A stretch of DNA of 64,000 nucleotides, from contig JAKIMF020000001.1 in assembly GCA_022605425.2 (NCBI GenBank), forward strand, positions 1,736,001 to 1,800,000, in the 5' to 3' direction. Position numbers and translations under genes: made by a program. Positions 12,952 to 25,514 of this stretch are shown here, piece by piece. Numbering within the stretch: the stretch's first letter is position 1; every line of letters begins with the position of its first letter. The DNA is from Hamiltosporidium tvaerminnensis FI-OER-3-3. Its lineage: Eukaryota > Fungi > Microsporidia. The notes under the pieces are model-generated. The model saw nothing but the letters and a program-made list of their open reading frames with translations. It had not been told where the DNA came from and searched no databases.

Positions 12952-14328
12952 TTAAATTGTAGGTTTATCCAAGAATCCAGAAAAAACTTTTGGAATATCA
13001 TACTTTACGGGTATTATATCTTCTTCAATCTTTAAAAGATAAGAAGGTAAATGTGTATCATTTATTCCTTCAATTATGGACAAAACAAATGGATCCAGTT
13101 TATTAATAAATGCTGAGAAAATCTCCATGTCTTTTTTGATTGATTCAATCAATTCTGGATGTTTTCGTTTGATATGATTTGCAACATTATGTGCTTGCGC
13201 AAATACTTTGATACAAGAATTACACTTGTATTGCTCTTCATCAATTTTAATAATGTGTTTGATCATCCCATCTTCTTCTTTTATATCTTTCATAAACGAA
13301 AAGTCTTTATCCATCGTATATATTTTTAATTTACGAGTAAAAAAATCACGATTTTTAGCATGTGACCTTATATGATATTTTCCACAACATCTAGCCATCT
13401 CCATATGTGATCCAAACATTCGGCAACAATAGAAACAGTAATGGAACACATATCTAAGCAATAGAATGTAGAAATCAAGAATTTCTGATTTATCAAATTT
13501 AAAAATGGCATCTTTCTTCATTTTTTCATTTTCACCCAAATTTTTTTCAATATATTTTACAAAAAAAGATTGTAAATCGGATTGAATTGTTTCTAAAACA
13601 TCAGGAACTGAATATCTATCAGAAAGTGATTTAATAATTTTCTTGGCAAAAAGTATATCTTTCTGTGAAAATGAAACATTTGCAAAACTCATATTATTTT
13701 CATTTAATATAAATTTATCGCAATAAAATTCACAAGAGGGCGAACTTTTATTTCTCATGGATCTTACAGAATCATCAATATTATTTTCATTTTGTAAAGA
13801 TATTATACACGACCTTTTATATGATTCCCTATCATCAGATTGTAAAACCGAAAATTTTGTAGAATTAGGACATTTCAAAGCTAAACTTTGAATCAAAGAA
13901 ATCGGTACCAAACTAGAAATATTTTTCATAATAATATTGTATTTAGGAACATTTATTAATTCAGGATCTACAAAGTATTCTTCGTTAAGTATTGGTACGT
14001 TTATTTTTATTTCTTCGTTCGTATTATCCCAACATATTTTCACAATTTTTTCTGTAAATTCAACATAATTTTGTAAAAATTCTTTTGTTTTTTCAATATT
14101 GTAATCATCATAAATATATCTCTCTTTAAACCATTCGTGCTCATGAAATGAATTGTAAAATTTATGAATTTTCTTAGAATAAAAAGATTTCAAATATGTT
14201 GAATAATCTACTTCGGGCAATAAATGTTTCAATTCTTTTTCTGTAATTATAAAAGGTTGTTCTAAAAGATATTTCATATTAATAATTGGTTCGTCCATAT
14301 ACCTTTGATCATAATTTCTTCTTCTCAT
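12952..14328 (-). CDS. SRRT: Ars2/SERRATE homologue (cap-binding-complex adaptor)
   Basis: FYNSFHEHEWFKERY matches the SERRATE/Ars2 N-domain FFxxHKDEEWFxxKY. LRYVFHYCFYC and the C2H2 finger YKCNSCIKVF...NHIKRKH match the ARS2 C-terminal region. CCC 2 nt before the ATG. Confidence 0.8.
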   Translation of the reverse strand: MRRRNYDQRYMDEPIINMKYLLEQPFIITEKELKHLLPEVDYSTYLKSFYSKKIHKFYNSFHEHEWFKERYIYDDYNIEKTKEFLQNYVEFTEKIVKICWDNTNEEIKINVPILNEEYFVDPELINVPKYNIIMKNISSLVPISLIQSLALKCPNSTKFSVLQSDDRESYKRSCIISLQNENNIDDSVRSMRNKSSPSCEFYCDKFILNENNMSFANVSFSQKDILFAKKIIKSLSDRYSVPDVLETIQSDLQSFFVKYIEKNLGENEKMKKDAIFKFDKSEILDFYILLLRYVFHYCFYCCRMFGSHMEMARCCGKYHIRSHAKNRDFFTRKLKIYTMDKDFSFMKDIKEEDGMIKHIIKIDEEQYKCNSCIKVFAQAHNVANHIKRKHPELIESIKKDMEIFSAFINKLDPFVLSIIEGINDTHLPSYLLKIEEDIIPVKYDIPKVFSGFLDKPTI

Positions 14329-14604
14329 AAGGGTAGAATTTTAGCAAATATTAAAAATTTAAATTATTAAAAAAATATTAAATAGGTTGCGAAAAATTGT
14401 TATAAAAAAATACCGAAAGATCAAAAAAAAAATAAAAAATTTATTTAATGAATTTCTTGGTTCAAACAATTTTCACTCTTTCTTTATTTGCTAGTACCTA
14501 ACTCTAAAAAAAATATAATGGTTTGTTGCAGCACTGAGAAGATATAATAATTGCTAAAATCAAATATTAAAAGAAATTTTTATTTTTTAGAAAATTAAAT
14601 TGTT

Positions 14605-15954
14605 TTATTCAGTCCAATTAATTGTTTTCAAATCAATGCCTTCTTTCACCATTTCATATAAAGGAGACATTTTTCTTAGATTTTTAACTGAGTCAACGGT
14701 TTTTTTCGCAATTTCTTTGATTTCTTTTTCTGTAGTGAACCTACCCATTCCAAATCTAATTGATGAATGCGCTAAATCTTCATCTGTTCCCAATGCTCTC
14801 AAAACAAATGAAGGTTCTAAAGAAGAGGAAGTGCATGCACTTCCACTAGACAATGCAATATTTTTTAGTGACATTAATAAACCTTCACCTTCTACGTATG
14901 AAAATGATATGTTAAGACAGCCGGGATAGACCTTTGCATTCTCGATATCACTTTCAAGATTATCTTCTACGCTATTTTTTGTGACATCTTTGAGTTTTTT
15001 ACGAAAATATTCTAAAAGTTGATTTGCCATTTTTCTGATCCGTAAAAAATCTTTTTTCATTTCTGTTTTTGAAATTTCAGCTGCTTTTCCAAGACCAACA
15101 ACAAGGGGGGTTGGTACTGTTCCGCTTCTTAAGCCTCTTTCCTGACCACCACCCATTATTAAAGGATATATCTTCACTCGTGGCCTTCTTCTAACATACA
15201 AAGCACCGATTCCTTTCGGTCCGTATATTTTGTGTCCAGAAATACTCATCAAATCAATATTCATATCATTTACATCGAGTGGCATTTTACCAAATGCTTG
15301 TGCAGCATCCGTATGAAATAAAACACCTTTTTCTCGACATATTTGACCAATTTCTTTTAATGGTTGAATAACACCTATTTCGTTATTAACGGCCATCACA
15401 GAAACCAAAACGGTATTGCTTTTTATAGAATTTTTAAATTCATCCATATTTATCAACCCATCTTTATTAACTTTTAAATACGTTACTTCACATCCTTCAG
15501 CTTCTAAATTTCTTATCGGATCCAAAACACATTTATGTTCCGTTTGTAGTGTAATTATATGAATTGGTTTATTTTCTTGCATTTTAAATTTTACAACACC
15601 TTTGATTGCAAGATTTGAACTTTCAGTTGCACCGCTCGTAAAAATAATTTCCCGTGGATCTGCTTTAATCACACTCGCTACTTGTTCTCTAGATTTTTCT
15701 ATCGCTTTTTCTGCTTCCCATCCATAACTATGTGTCTTGGAATGTGGATTACCAAATTTCGATGTATAATATGGCAACATAGCATCAAGTACTCTCGGAT
15801 CAAGTGGTGTCGTCGATTGAAAATCAAGATATATTCGCTTAGGCTCTTTACACTCATTCGTTTTATATCTTCTTATACTACATACTGGCTGAAGTATTGA
15901 GTTTACATTTGATAATGAAGTATTTTTAAAAATATTAGAAAGGAAATTGGGCAT
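14605..15954 (-). CDS. NFS1: Cysteine desulfurase (IscS/Nfs1), mitosomal Fe-S cluster assembly
   Basis: [33 protein letters not shown]-lysine motif [22 protein letters not shown], catalytic SSGSACTS, C-terminal SPLYEM. Confidence 0.97.
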   Translation of the reverse strand: MPNFLSNIFKNTSLSNVNSILQPVCSIRRYKTNECKEPKRIYLDFQSTTPLDPRVLDAMLPYYTSKFGNPHSKTHSYGWEAEKAIEKSREQVASVIKADPREIIFTSGATESSNLAIKGVVKFKMQENKPIHIITLQTEHKCVLDPIRNLEAEGCEVTYLKVNKDGLINMDEFKNSIKSNTVLVSVMAVNNEIGVIQPLKEIGQICREKGVLFHTDAAQAFGKMPLDVNDMNIDLMSISGHKIYGPKGIGALYVRRRPRVKIYPLIMGGGQERGLRSGTVPTPLVVGLGKAAEISKTEMKKDFLRIRKMANQLLEYFRKKLKDVTKNSVEDNLESDIENAKVYPGCLNISFSYVEGEGLLMSLKNIALSSGSACTSSSLEPSFVLRALGTDEDLAHSSIRFGMGRFTTEKEIKEIAKKTVDSVKNLRKMSPLYEMVKEGIDLKTINWTE

Positions 15955-17557
15955 ATATGTAGCCCCTAAGCTCGAAAATATTTAAAAAGATTTAAAATTT
16001 TTTCCACTAAAATTATTATCAAATTTTTTATTTTTTTAAAATTTAATTGTGTATTTTTAAAAGATTTTAAAATAGTTACGAAAACTATGATGCTAGTTGA
16101 TTCTTTTTTTCAAACATTCAAATTTGAATAAATTATTTTTTTGTTTATCTAAATTAAAAGAAACTTGTTTATAAATACTTGAAATAGAATAAACTCAAAG
16201 CAAGCAATTATCAAAGTAAAAAATTAAGTTGGTATTAAAAAATATTTGTAATTCATTTTAATCAAATATACAGAATTTATTAATTGTGATTAGTTAAAAT
16301 TACTGTCAAATTAAATATTTTGATGAATTTTTTAAAAACATTATTTTAGTAATTTAGTGTTTCTTTTATAATTTGACCGTAAAAATTTCTTTATGATTTT
16401 ATTTTTTAGATCGATAAAGTCTTAAAGACTTTTATAATTTTTCAATCAAGTTTTTATATTTCTTGCTAGTATAAAAAGAAGTTTCATTCTGATTTATTTT
16501 ACATTCAATGGAAAGATTTTTATGAGTAGATCAATTACGTTTATAAACAAGTTAAGCTTTAATATGAATTATAATTTACGAAATATTTCTTTATATGTAA
16601 ATATAAACTCATATATTGCAAAAGATTATAAAAAAATTTAATTTTAATAAAATATAATTTAGGAAGTTAATTTATAAGATTGGCGATTAAGTAAGCAAGA
16701 AATCCATAAGATTATAATTTACGACCAATTTCTTGGTAGAATTTATGGTAATATCTTGATGTATTTTATTTAAAAGTTTTATATTGAAATATATACTTTC
16801 AAATTAAAAAAAATTTAATTTCTTTAAAATAAATTTAAACATATACTTTACATGTATTTTCCATTAGAAAAATTCCACAGAATTATATAAGAATTGGGAT
16901 AAAATCTGTAAATAAAATAAAAGACTAAACCATCCATTATTAATGAACACATAGAAGATAAAAAAAGTTTGAAATAAGAAATAGAATTCACTTCTAGAGA
17001 ATCTATTTAAGAAATTAATTTTTATTATAAAGTAAAAAATTAATTGTGTGTAACTTTAAAATTATATTCTATTTCGCTAAATATTTTATCAAATATGCAT
17101 ATGCAATCGGAGCAAATAAAAAATATATTTTTTTACTTACTAAAGTTTATAATTATAATTCTGGTCAGTAAAGAGAGATATGGATTTAAAAAAAACGATA
17201 TAAAGTACTAAAAATAGTTAAACTTCTTAAATAAACCTAGATTTTTATTTAAGAAGTTTGAAAAACCGGATTGTGCAAAAATCAAATATGAATACTATAA
17301 TACTAGATAACTGACTAATGAGATGTTTTTTGAAAAAAAATTATAATACAATATATAACGACAGAATAAAAAAAAGAAACATTTCGTATAAAAAGAAATT
17401 TAAGCCATGAAAAAATAAATTGTACTAATTTGCATGTACATCTTATTCTAATATTTGTAGATTAGTTATATTTTTTGAAATAATCTGATTTTGACAAAAA
17501 ATATTGCTTTAAGATTGAAATAGAAATCATTGCTTGATAATCAGTTTCTTTCAATAA

Positions 17558-17962
17558 AAGTAGGATATTTATTTGTCTTCATGTCATTAAGCAGTTTTAA
17601 TTTATGAAGGCTACTCTCTTTAAAACCCACGATATTTCTTAGATAAAAATATTCTTAAGCTTTTCTTCTAAAAGGCAAAAAGAGTCAGTTAGTGCAGGTA
17701 AGTTGACTAGATTGTGTTTGTAGGTCGACATTATTCCTGATCCTCTCAAAACTAGTAGAATCCTCACCGGGTCCATCTTTTCTTTTCAAAGATATTTATA
17801 GCGAAGATATATCTGACAGACTTATATAGAATCCGCTTAGATATTAAAATATTAATTGACAAGTATAACCTATTAGTTGAATTTTTTTGGCTTTTTATAG
17901 GTTATTTTTTTTATCTAGGCCTAAGCCTTATATATGAGTGAGCAAGGGTAAGTTTCCATGCT
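17558..17962 (+). repeat. Unclassified ~440-bp dispersed repeat, copy A (most diverged)
   Basis: Shares blocks CTCAAAAC(T/C)AG, AGATATATCT, GTATAACCT and terminal GTTTCCATGC with 24172-24611, 37457-37899 and 47668-48116. Confidence 0.65.
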
Positions 17963-18330
17963 TTCTAATGATCATTTCTAAAATTTAATAGATGTTTACA
18001 ATTTAATTACATAAAAATCACAAACAAACTTTTCAAAAAAATTCCTATTTTATTAACCATCTTCTTTCAACGAATTCTCATAAAACAACCGAAAACTAGA
18101 GAAATTATTTACAGATTGATTGCAAAATTAGTTCAGACAGATATTGACACAATTTTATCTTCTTTCTACACATGGTTGCGTAATTTAAATTTATATTTTG
18201 TAAATAAGTTATTAGCAAATATGAATTTCACAGGCGATTTTTTTAAAATAGCCTATTAAACTTAAATTAACTAATACATTTATCGAATCGAAATTTTATA
18301 GTAAAGTTAAAATATGAAGGTGAAATCTTC

Positions 18331-18760
18331 ATACTTACTTAATGGTATTACGTCTCATTACAAGCTCAACCATATTTTCTACCAGTTTCCACTTTAAATA
18401 TTAAGCGTCTCTCTTTTATATTCGCTTATGTCAAGATTACCGAGATTTTTTTTAACATCATCTAGCCATCTAGTTTTTGAATGACTTGGAAATATTTGAC
18501 CTTTCAGATTGAACATTGACAAGTTTTACAAATATGTGCTTTCTGGTATTCGTTTAAAATAGTCCAGCCATCAGAGTCTGGTTCCTTTAGCTTCGATTAT
18601 AAATCATGATTTCGGTGTTATTTTTTTAGCTCAATGTTATTACAAATTTTCCACTCTTCTGCTGGTTTCTTGTTGATCAGTAAGAACTCCATAGCTCTTT
18701 CTTCGATATAACGTGTATTCTTATATTAAGTTTTGTGGATATCCACGTTTTACAGTAGTA
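18331..18760 (-). mobile_element. RTE-clade non-LTR 3' fragment
   Basis: The minus strand reads KICNNIELKK...GTRL*WLDYFKRIPE...SKTRWLDDVKKNL and ends in a TAAGTAAGTA tail. Same subfamily as 21170-22015. Confidence 0.75.
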
Positions 18761-19035
18761 GATCCTCTTAGGTACAAGAATAGTTCTAAAATCATTTTAT
18801 AGCTTTTCTGCTCAAAACTCAAGATTTTAAGATTTTTTGTGAGCCAAAAAAAGTTTTATTTTCGGCTTTAACTCTCTTTTTTACTTCAGACTGTTGCCAT
18901 AATTAATTTTCAGAAGAAATTTTGATATTTAAAAAGGATATACCAACAAAGAAATATCCATCAACTTGAAAATATGTTGTAATATTTTCAAGGATCCTCG
19001 AAATCATCCCGCTCTTTTTTTTATTTTTATTCATA

Positions 19036-19167
19036 TGAAGACACGGTTTTTCGGATTCCTGTTCGATCTTTCTGAAATGTTTGAAATTTTTATATTTCAT
19101 TAATAAAAAGACATAGTTTTAGTGATGTTCCTGTTCGATCTTTCTGAAATGATTGAAATTTCTATAT
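19036..19167. repeat. ~72-bp tandem duplication
   Basis: TTCCTGTTCGATCTTTCTGAAATG(T/A)TTGAAATTT(T/C)TATAT at 19056 and 19128. Confidence 0.85.
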
Positions 19168-21169
19168 CGACCAATATATAATGCTAGTATATTACCGTCT
19201 AGATCTTCAATCCTAAACCAAATAATTTCTTTGAATTAGTTATCATTTATGTGAGATATACGAAATCATTTTAACTTTAGAAATTTATAGATATATATTT
19301 AATGGACCTTCATAAGATTTAAAATATTAAACAAAATCATCAAAAGACTGAATCAGAAAACATTTTTACATTTTTACGAAGTTACGTAGATGCATTTTTA
19401 CTTCTTCAAGATATATTCTAAAAAAACATGCAATAATATAATTAATTACAACAAATTAAATAATCTCTCACCTATTTTTATTAAAAAAAATACATAGGAA
19501 ACGAAAAGTAGAAGAATTAAAAGTTTATTTAGAATTCATGTTCGCATGTAAAATTATAAATCCATCTTCTCGTTTTTGAAATCATTTTTTTGAAATATCT
19601 TACAATAATAAAATCATCGTTGTTTATACAGGACGAAGAAATATTTTCGCTGGGTTCTGATATTTTAGAATTAGATGCGCTACATAGTTTGAGATCAGAC
19701 GAATTCTTATTTGAAGATCGTTTCTTTTTCTTAAGTTTTATACATTTTTTTATTTTCATTAATAGTAAATCTTTTTGCAAAGAAAAATTATAAGTATATG
19801 GATTTTGACAGGTGACAATAGTATTTTATCAATAAAATATTTTATTTAAATTATTCTTTATTTCCTTGTGACATAAAAAATGAACTTTTATGCCGCATTT
19901 CTTAAGAATTTATTAAATTAAATTATGATAAATTGAATATTTTTTTTTTATTTTCAATGCAATCAATTATATTAAAAAATCTTTTTATTATAGATTTTGA
20001 TTAATAGAATTTTTAATTTATATTAACATTTTAACTATCAGATTACATTGAACAAAAAATCTATAATGAAACGAGTTAATTATTGTTTATAAATTTATAT
20101 TAAACGTATGCATTCATTAATAAAGGAAAATTTGTTGCATCAAATTTTTGTTCTAGCCATGGTCTAATTTTTTTGACTGTTTTATTATTTATATATAAGG
20201 CTAGATTTAGATCTGTAATTTATCTTGCTTAATATTTCTATATATTATATTTTCTTGGATTTAATTAAATATTTTAATAATATTTTTTTGTTCGAATTCA
20301 TAATGTAGATTCAAAAACGTTTTTAGTAGCCCTTTTTTTTCCAATAATATTTTTAGCCACAGTTTTATTTCTAGGAATTTGTAAAACAACAAATATATTT
20401 TGCATTTAAAATACAATTATTTTGTTCTAGTTTCCACATCTAACAATTTCAAATGCACCTCAATCCTCAAAAATTAATACTTATATACATGTAAAAGTCG
20501 TAAATACTTATACATAAAAACTAAAGAAATACCTATAGAATAGATTTAACATTAATAGATATATAGATTATAAAAAATTATTATCTAAATCGCTAAATAT
20601 TTTAGCCTATAATTCAATTTAAATCTTAATAATCAATTCAAAAGTATAAATGCACTATATTAATAAATTCTTGCATAAAAAACCATCATATAACAAATTA
20701 TTAAGAAACTTGAAATATGTTTCGATTCAGATGTTGTATGTTTGGGTTTGGAGCGATATGATTAGATTCATATGCAAAAAGCGTTATTTGATGCCATTAA
20801 TCGGAATTTAGAAGATTAAATAAGCAAGAGATCAAATTATGTATTAATAATTATGCAAAAAAACCGAATACCACCATATTTAAATAATGCTTAGATCAAA
20901 ACAATCATATGAAATACTAATCGTAAGTTTTTTGGCAATACAATTAGATTTGAGAATTCATATGAAATTTATTTATTAAATCTAGATATACTGATTCTCG
21001 AAAAGAGAAAGCATTTTTAGCTGATATATTTTCAAATGATTTAGTAAAATTTCAGACTAATACAGAGTGGATATTATGTTATATATTATCTAACATAACA
21101 GAGAAAGAATCATTCTTAAGATATAAAAAAATCAAGCAAAATATTTTATCAGATCATGTGATACACAAG

Positions 21170-22015
21170 GCTATTTGGCTTTCATAGGTGTTTTTTTGAA
21201 AAGGAACCAGAAGATTTAAAAACTTCCTTAAAAATATTAGCAAAAGAAATGAAAAAGTTGGAATAAGAATAAATAAATTAATGAAAAACATATAGAATTG
21301 TCTCATTCCCCGGCCAAAAGCTAATCTGTACAAAAAATATTTGTGCAGATTTAAAAAATTTTAGAGTTTTTAGTGCCTAGGATCAGTTTAAATAAGTATA
21401 ATAACTCATGAGATTGATTAAAATAAACGTAGACAAGGACGCTCTCTGCTCTACTCTACAGGTTGAACTCATATCTGTTAAAAAGGAAAAGTAAAAAACG
21501 AATATATTGAACCTCTATTGGACCTAATGTAAGGTCTTCCCAAAAAAATAGAATAGAATCAACATGAAGGAAACTAGTTAAGATATATAGCAAAAAAAAT
21601 ATACTACCAGAAATACATGTGGGATATTGAATATGAAGAAAGGAAGCTAGAAAAACCCAGGTATTTATGGATTTTATCAAGAATTTAAATTCTCAATCGA
21701 ATTAAAATTTGTAACAACATCAAGCTTAAAAATTTAAATCGAAAACATGATTGGTAAACAAAGTTATAAGAACCTGGCTTCTATGGCTGGGTCATCTTGA
21801 AAGAATGATAAAAATCAGAGTATTGAAAAATATATATATGTTGCATCCAGATAGTCGAAGAATTGCTAGTCGCATTAAAACTAGATCGCTATAGATGCTA
21901 AAAGATCTCAGTAAACTTTGTATAGACGAATGAAAAAAAGGCGCTTGATCGTGAAAAGAGGAAGCTAATAGTAAATGAAACAGAATTTATTAATGCGCCG
22001 TCTTGCTATTAAATG
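21170..22015 (+). mobile_element. Decayed 5'-truncated RTE-clade non-LTR retrotransposon
   Basis: Fragments LAKEMK(K)VGIRINK, CLGSVLN and LLWLGHLERMIKIRVLKNIYMLHPDSRRIASRIKTR correspond to the RTE post-RT and C-terminal region. Confidence 0.7.
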
Positions 22016-24171
22016 AGTAAATCTTATTTTAAGATGAAGAATCGGGTGACCAGAACCTGTAAAATAATGTTTGCCAAATAGACTTTACTTAAATTTCTTA
22101 AAGATATACCCGAAGGTACGAGAAGATAAGATAAAAGATAACTAGATGTAGAGGAAGGAATTCTAAGAAAATTAATGTGCATAGAGAGTTTGGTGAAAAA
22201 TTGAGAATTATTGTAGAATTTCTTTTAACAATTACCAGATCTTCTTAGGCTATGGCTTCACATAGTAAGTTGGTGAAAAATATCAACTAAAAAATATACC
22301 AAGATCATCCAATGTATTCAATATATTTTTGACTTGCTTTAAATGTTTTCAAAAGGGGTCTAACTTATTATATTGATGTAATAAGGCCAAAAGTCTATAA
22401 AGAACGCATGCAACTTATGCTTTAAATTTTTTTTATTAGTTTCGCTCCATGATTATAGAGCAACTATCTTCGATGTAAAATTATAAAATCTATAGCTAGT
22501 TGACTCAAATCGTATTTTTTTAGTGAGATAATAACAGAATCGGGTCAAAAACATGAAAAACCAACTCAAGAAATATTTTCCTCAACTATCTATAAATAAT
22601 TTTTATGGATTTTTCTTAAAACAGCTATAACAGGAAGAATTTATCGTGAGTAATCATTTTTTTTATTAATTTTTGTGAAATATCCCACAAATTTAAATAA
22701 AAAATAATCCATAATTATATTTCTCTTACTGCGAATTTTTTTCACTACATTTATAAACTAGATATTTTTTTATACGGCAAGAAAAAAACTGGAAAATAAA
22801 AAACAGCAAATCAATAAGTTCAGATTAAAACTATAAGATTCTATTGAAAAAACCATGAAACTACAACCTGTTTAGAATATTTGCCTTGATTGTTTAATCT
22901 AAATCTTAAAATTTCTAAAATAAATAAATATTGAAAGCCATTTAAATGAGTGAAAATCTGAAAACTATTAATAATTGACAGCACCTATATAACCTATCCT
23001 GAGTTTTAATTAAATCAAATATTAAAAAAATATTTACCAAATTTTGATCAATTTTTTTTTCCTAATACATAACATGTACATCGCCCTCAAAAGAAAATTA
23101 TATGTAGAATGAACAAAAAATAAGAAGAAAAACAATTATAAATGGTTATATTTGATGTATACGGATGTGTTTTTTTAAGTTTTAATAAGCTAATCTCTTA
23201 AATTTAATATTTTTTGTGTTTTTATATTCTCAATTTGAATTCACCTGTGCAATAAGAATTTTTAAACATCAGAAATGAATTAAAATACAACATCAAGCCT
23301 TTTTCAGGCAATAATATATATGGTTCTTATCTTTAAAAACATTTTTGTGGGTTAACAGGCTGGAATATAAAAACTTTAACGAAAATCCGAATTAGATGAT
23401 TTCATCACCACCGTATAAATTTTATATTAAAACCAAAAATTCTTTTATTCTATTTTAGATGAAAAAAAAATGAAATAAAGAAAAAGATTAAATCCCAATA
23501 TCCTTATAAAAGAATATTTTACATAACTTCTTGCTTCATTAATGTTTAAAAATCAGAGAATTATGCTTAGAAATAAATGCCAAAATTTTGTTGAAATTCC
23601 AAAATAGAAAAATATTTGCAAAGATAAAATGAATACAAATCTAAAACGACTTATCAAGATGTTCTTTCCTTTCAACAATGTTCAATGAAATTTTATTAAA
23701 TAAATGTTAAATATAACTTTATTCCATGAGGAATATAATAAGTTAGATATCTTATACAATCGAATGTAATTTTGAATTCAATTTCAAAAAAAATCTTATA
23801 TTAATTAAATATTACCCAAACAGATTTAATGATATTCACACTTTCAGAAAACTGCCCAAAAAGTATAAAAAAAAGGATAATGCAATGTGAATTCGATCGA
23901 AGAATTTATATTTTACAACCAATATAATAATAAACCTTTTATAATGTATGAATACTCATGAGTAGATTTTTTTTATTGATAAGTTATTAGTGATTTCTTA
24001 TATTCCGAAAAAATGTATCCATAAATATACTAGGTCTCTCATTTCCAATAAAAGATAGACAATTTTTCATTGTTAATTCATTAAAGATCTTTATCGGTAC
24101 TCGATAAATTAGGTGAAAATTAATATTGTGAATAGGGAATTTTTATTTAATAAATATTACAGATATCAAAC

Positions 24172-24611
24172 AAGTGGCTCATGTTCTTGTGGACTTAATG
24201 AAATTCACGCATCTATATATTTCCATGATAACTTCTTCTATTTCTCTATCGGATTTCTAGAATATCTACATCACGAAACTTTTCATTTAAAGAATGTAAA
24301 GAGCCTTTTAAATAGGCGAAGAATCTGCTCCGTGCTCGTTGAAATCTGTTACCTGATGTGTTATTGCAGGGAAAATCCCACTCTGGGTCACTCAAAACCA
24401 GCAAGCATTTCCAATTACTTTATACCTTGCGATCCGAATATATCTTCAGCCAAAATATATCTCAGAGACAGCTCTTAAGTCTATCTAGAGTGAAAATGTT
24501 AAACGGTACGTATAACCTGCTACTTGGATTTTCTGGGGTCTAAAATCTTTCTTTTTATCTCTCAGGTGTCAAGTCTTCCATGCCCAGATAGAAAAGCTAG
24601 GTTTCCATGCC
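24172..24611 (+). repeat. Unclassified ~440-bp dispersed repeat, copy B
   Basis: Aligns by eye with 37457-37899 (CTATCGG...CTACATCAC...ATAGGC; ATCTCTCAGGTGTCAAGTCTTC; GTTTCCATGC) and with the reverse complement of 47668-48116. Confidence 0.8.
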
Positions 24612-25514
24612 TAAAGATAGCACTAAATTACAACATGAATTGCAGTTATAACCCAAATACACAGAAAACTACAAACTTTTTGTAGAAAAAGGTTCTCTAT
24701 ATTCTAGAACTTTACCATCTTATCTAAAATCGCACAAAAAAATTAAAAATTACGTGTGCTTTTCATCTCACTAAAAATCTAACTAATAAATTATGCATCG
24801 ATTTAATCTAATAATTACCATCCAGATAATTATTAAGATTGTTATTTTCCCTCATTTAACTCACCATTGATTATAATCAATTTATTTAAGGAATGTTTAA
24901 GGATATTGTATATTTTATTGCCTTAATCAATATCTTTTATCGAATTATCCATATGTTTCATATTACATTATTTTTTTCGTCCGATATGTATCAATTTTCA
25001 TAGAATTCAAGATTTATAATTTAACATTCTGTGCCTTTATTGACCAAAAAATTTCATTGCTGACCTTCTTTACTTCAAAAAAAACTTGGGCTGAATATGC
25101 CTTTCATTTAGTCGTATAAAAATCGGTGATTTCTTCATGATTCCAATAGACATTTGCTCTCTATTCTAGTCTTCTTTTATCGACCAAAAGAAATAATTTC
25201 TAACATATTTTATGGTATTATCCAATAAATTCATGTTACAATCTTCACTGGTATGTAGAATATTTAAGATTAATATTAGTATTTTGTAAAATAACCACCT
25301 AGTTTATTTAAATGAATAAAATATCATACATCATCTTTAAACAAGATTTATCTCAGAAGCAAAGAACGATATTTCCTTGAATTGTTTTTAAACAATTTAA
25401 ATCGAATTTTGCAGAATAATATTGGCTTAAAGTAAAGTCTTTTAACTACAACCCAAAAGGCATTTATTTAGGTAGATTTTTTTCATAAGAAAATAAGCTA
25501 AATTATACAAAGTC

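Noticed and set aside
14600-14929. Short antisense or overlapping ORFs inside real genes (e.g. 803-985, 14600-14929, 15682-15900, 29901-30167, 32846-33367, 42114-42344, 44765-45022, 55400-55941)
   Set aside because: Shadow ORFs on the opposite strand or in an alternative frame of well-supported CDSs, with no motifs.
18903-19793. Short ORFs 18903-19100, 19529-19780 and 19590-19793
   Set aside because: Could be pieces of a decayed gene, but they are low-complexity with no recognisable homology; not enough to call.
24113-24543. ORFs 24113-24478, 24358-24543 and 47849-48031
   Set aside because: They fall in the ~440-bp repeat, and the frames are not maintained across all copies.
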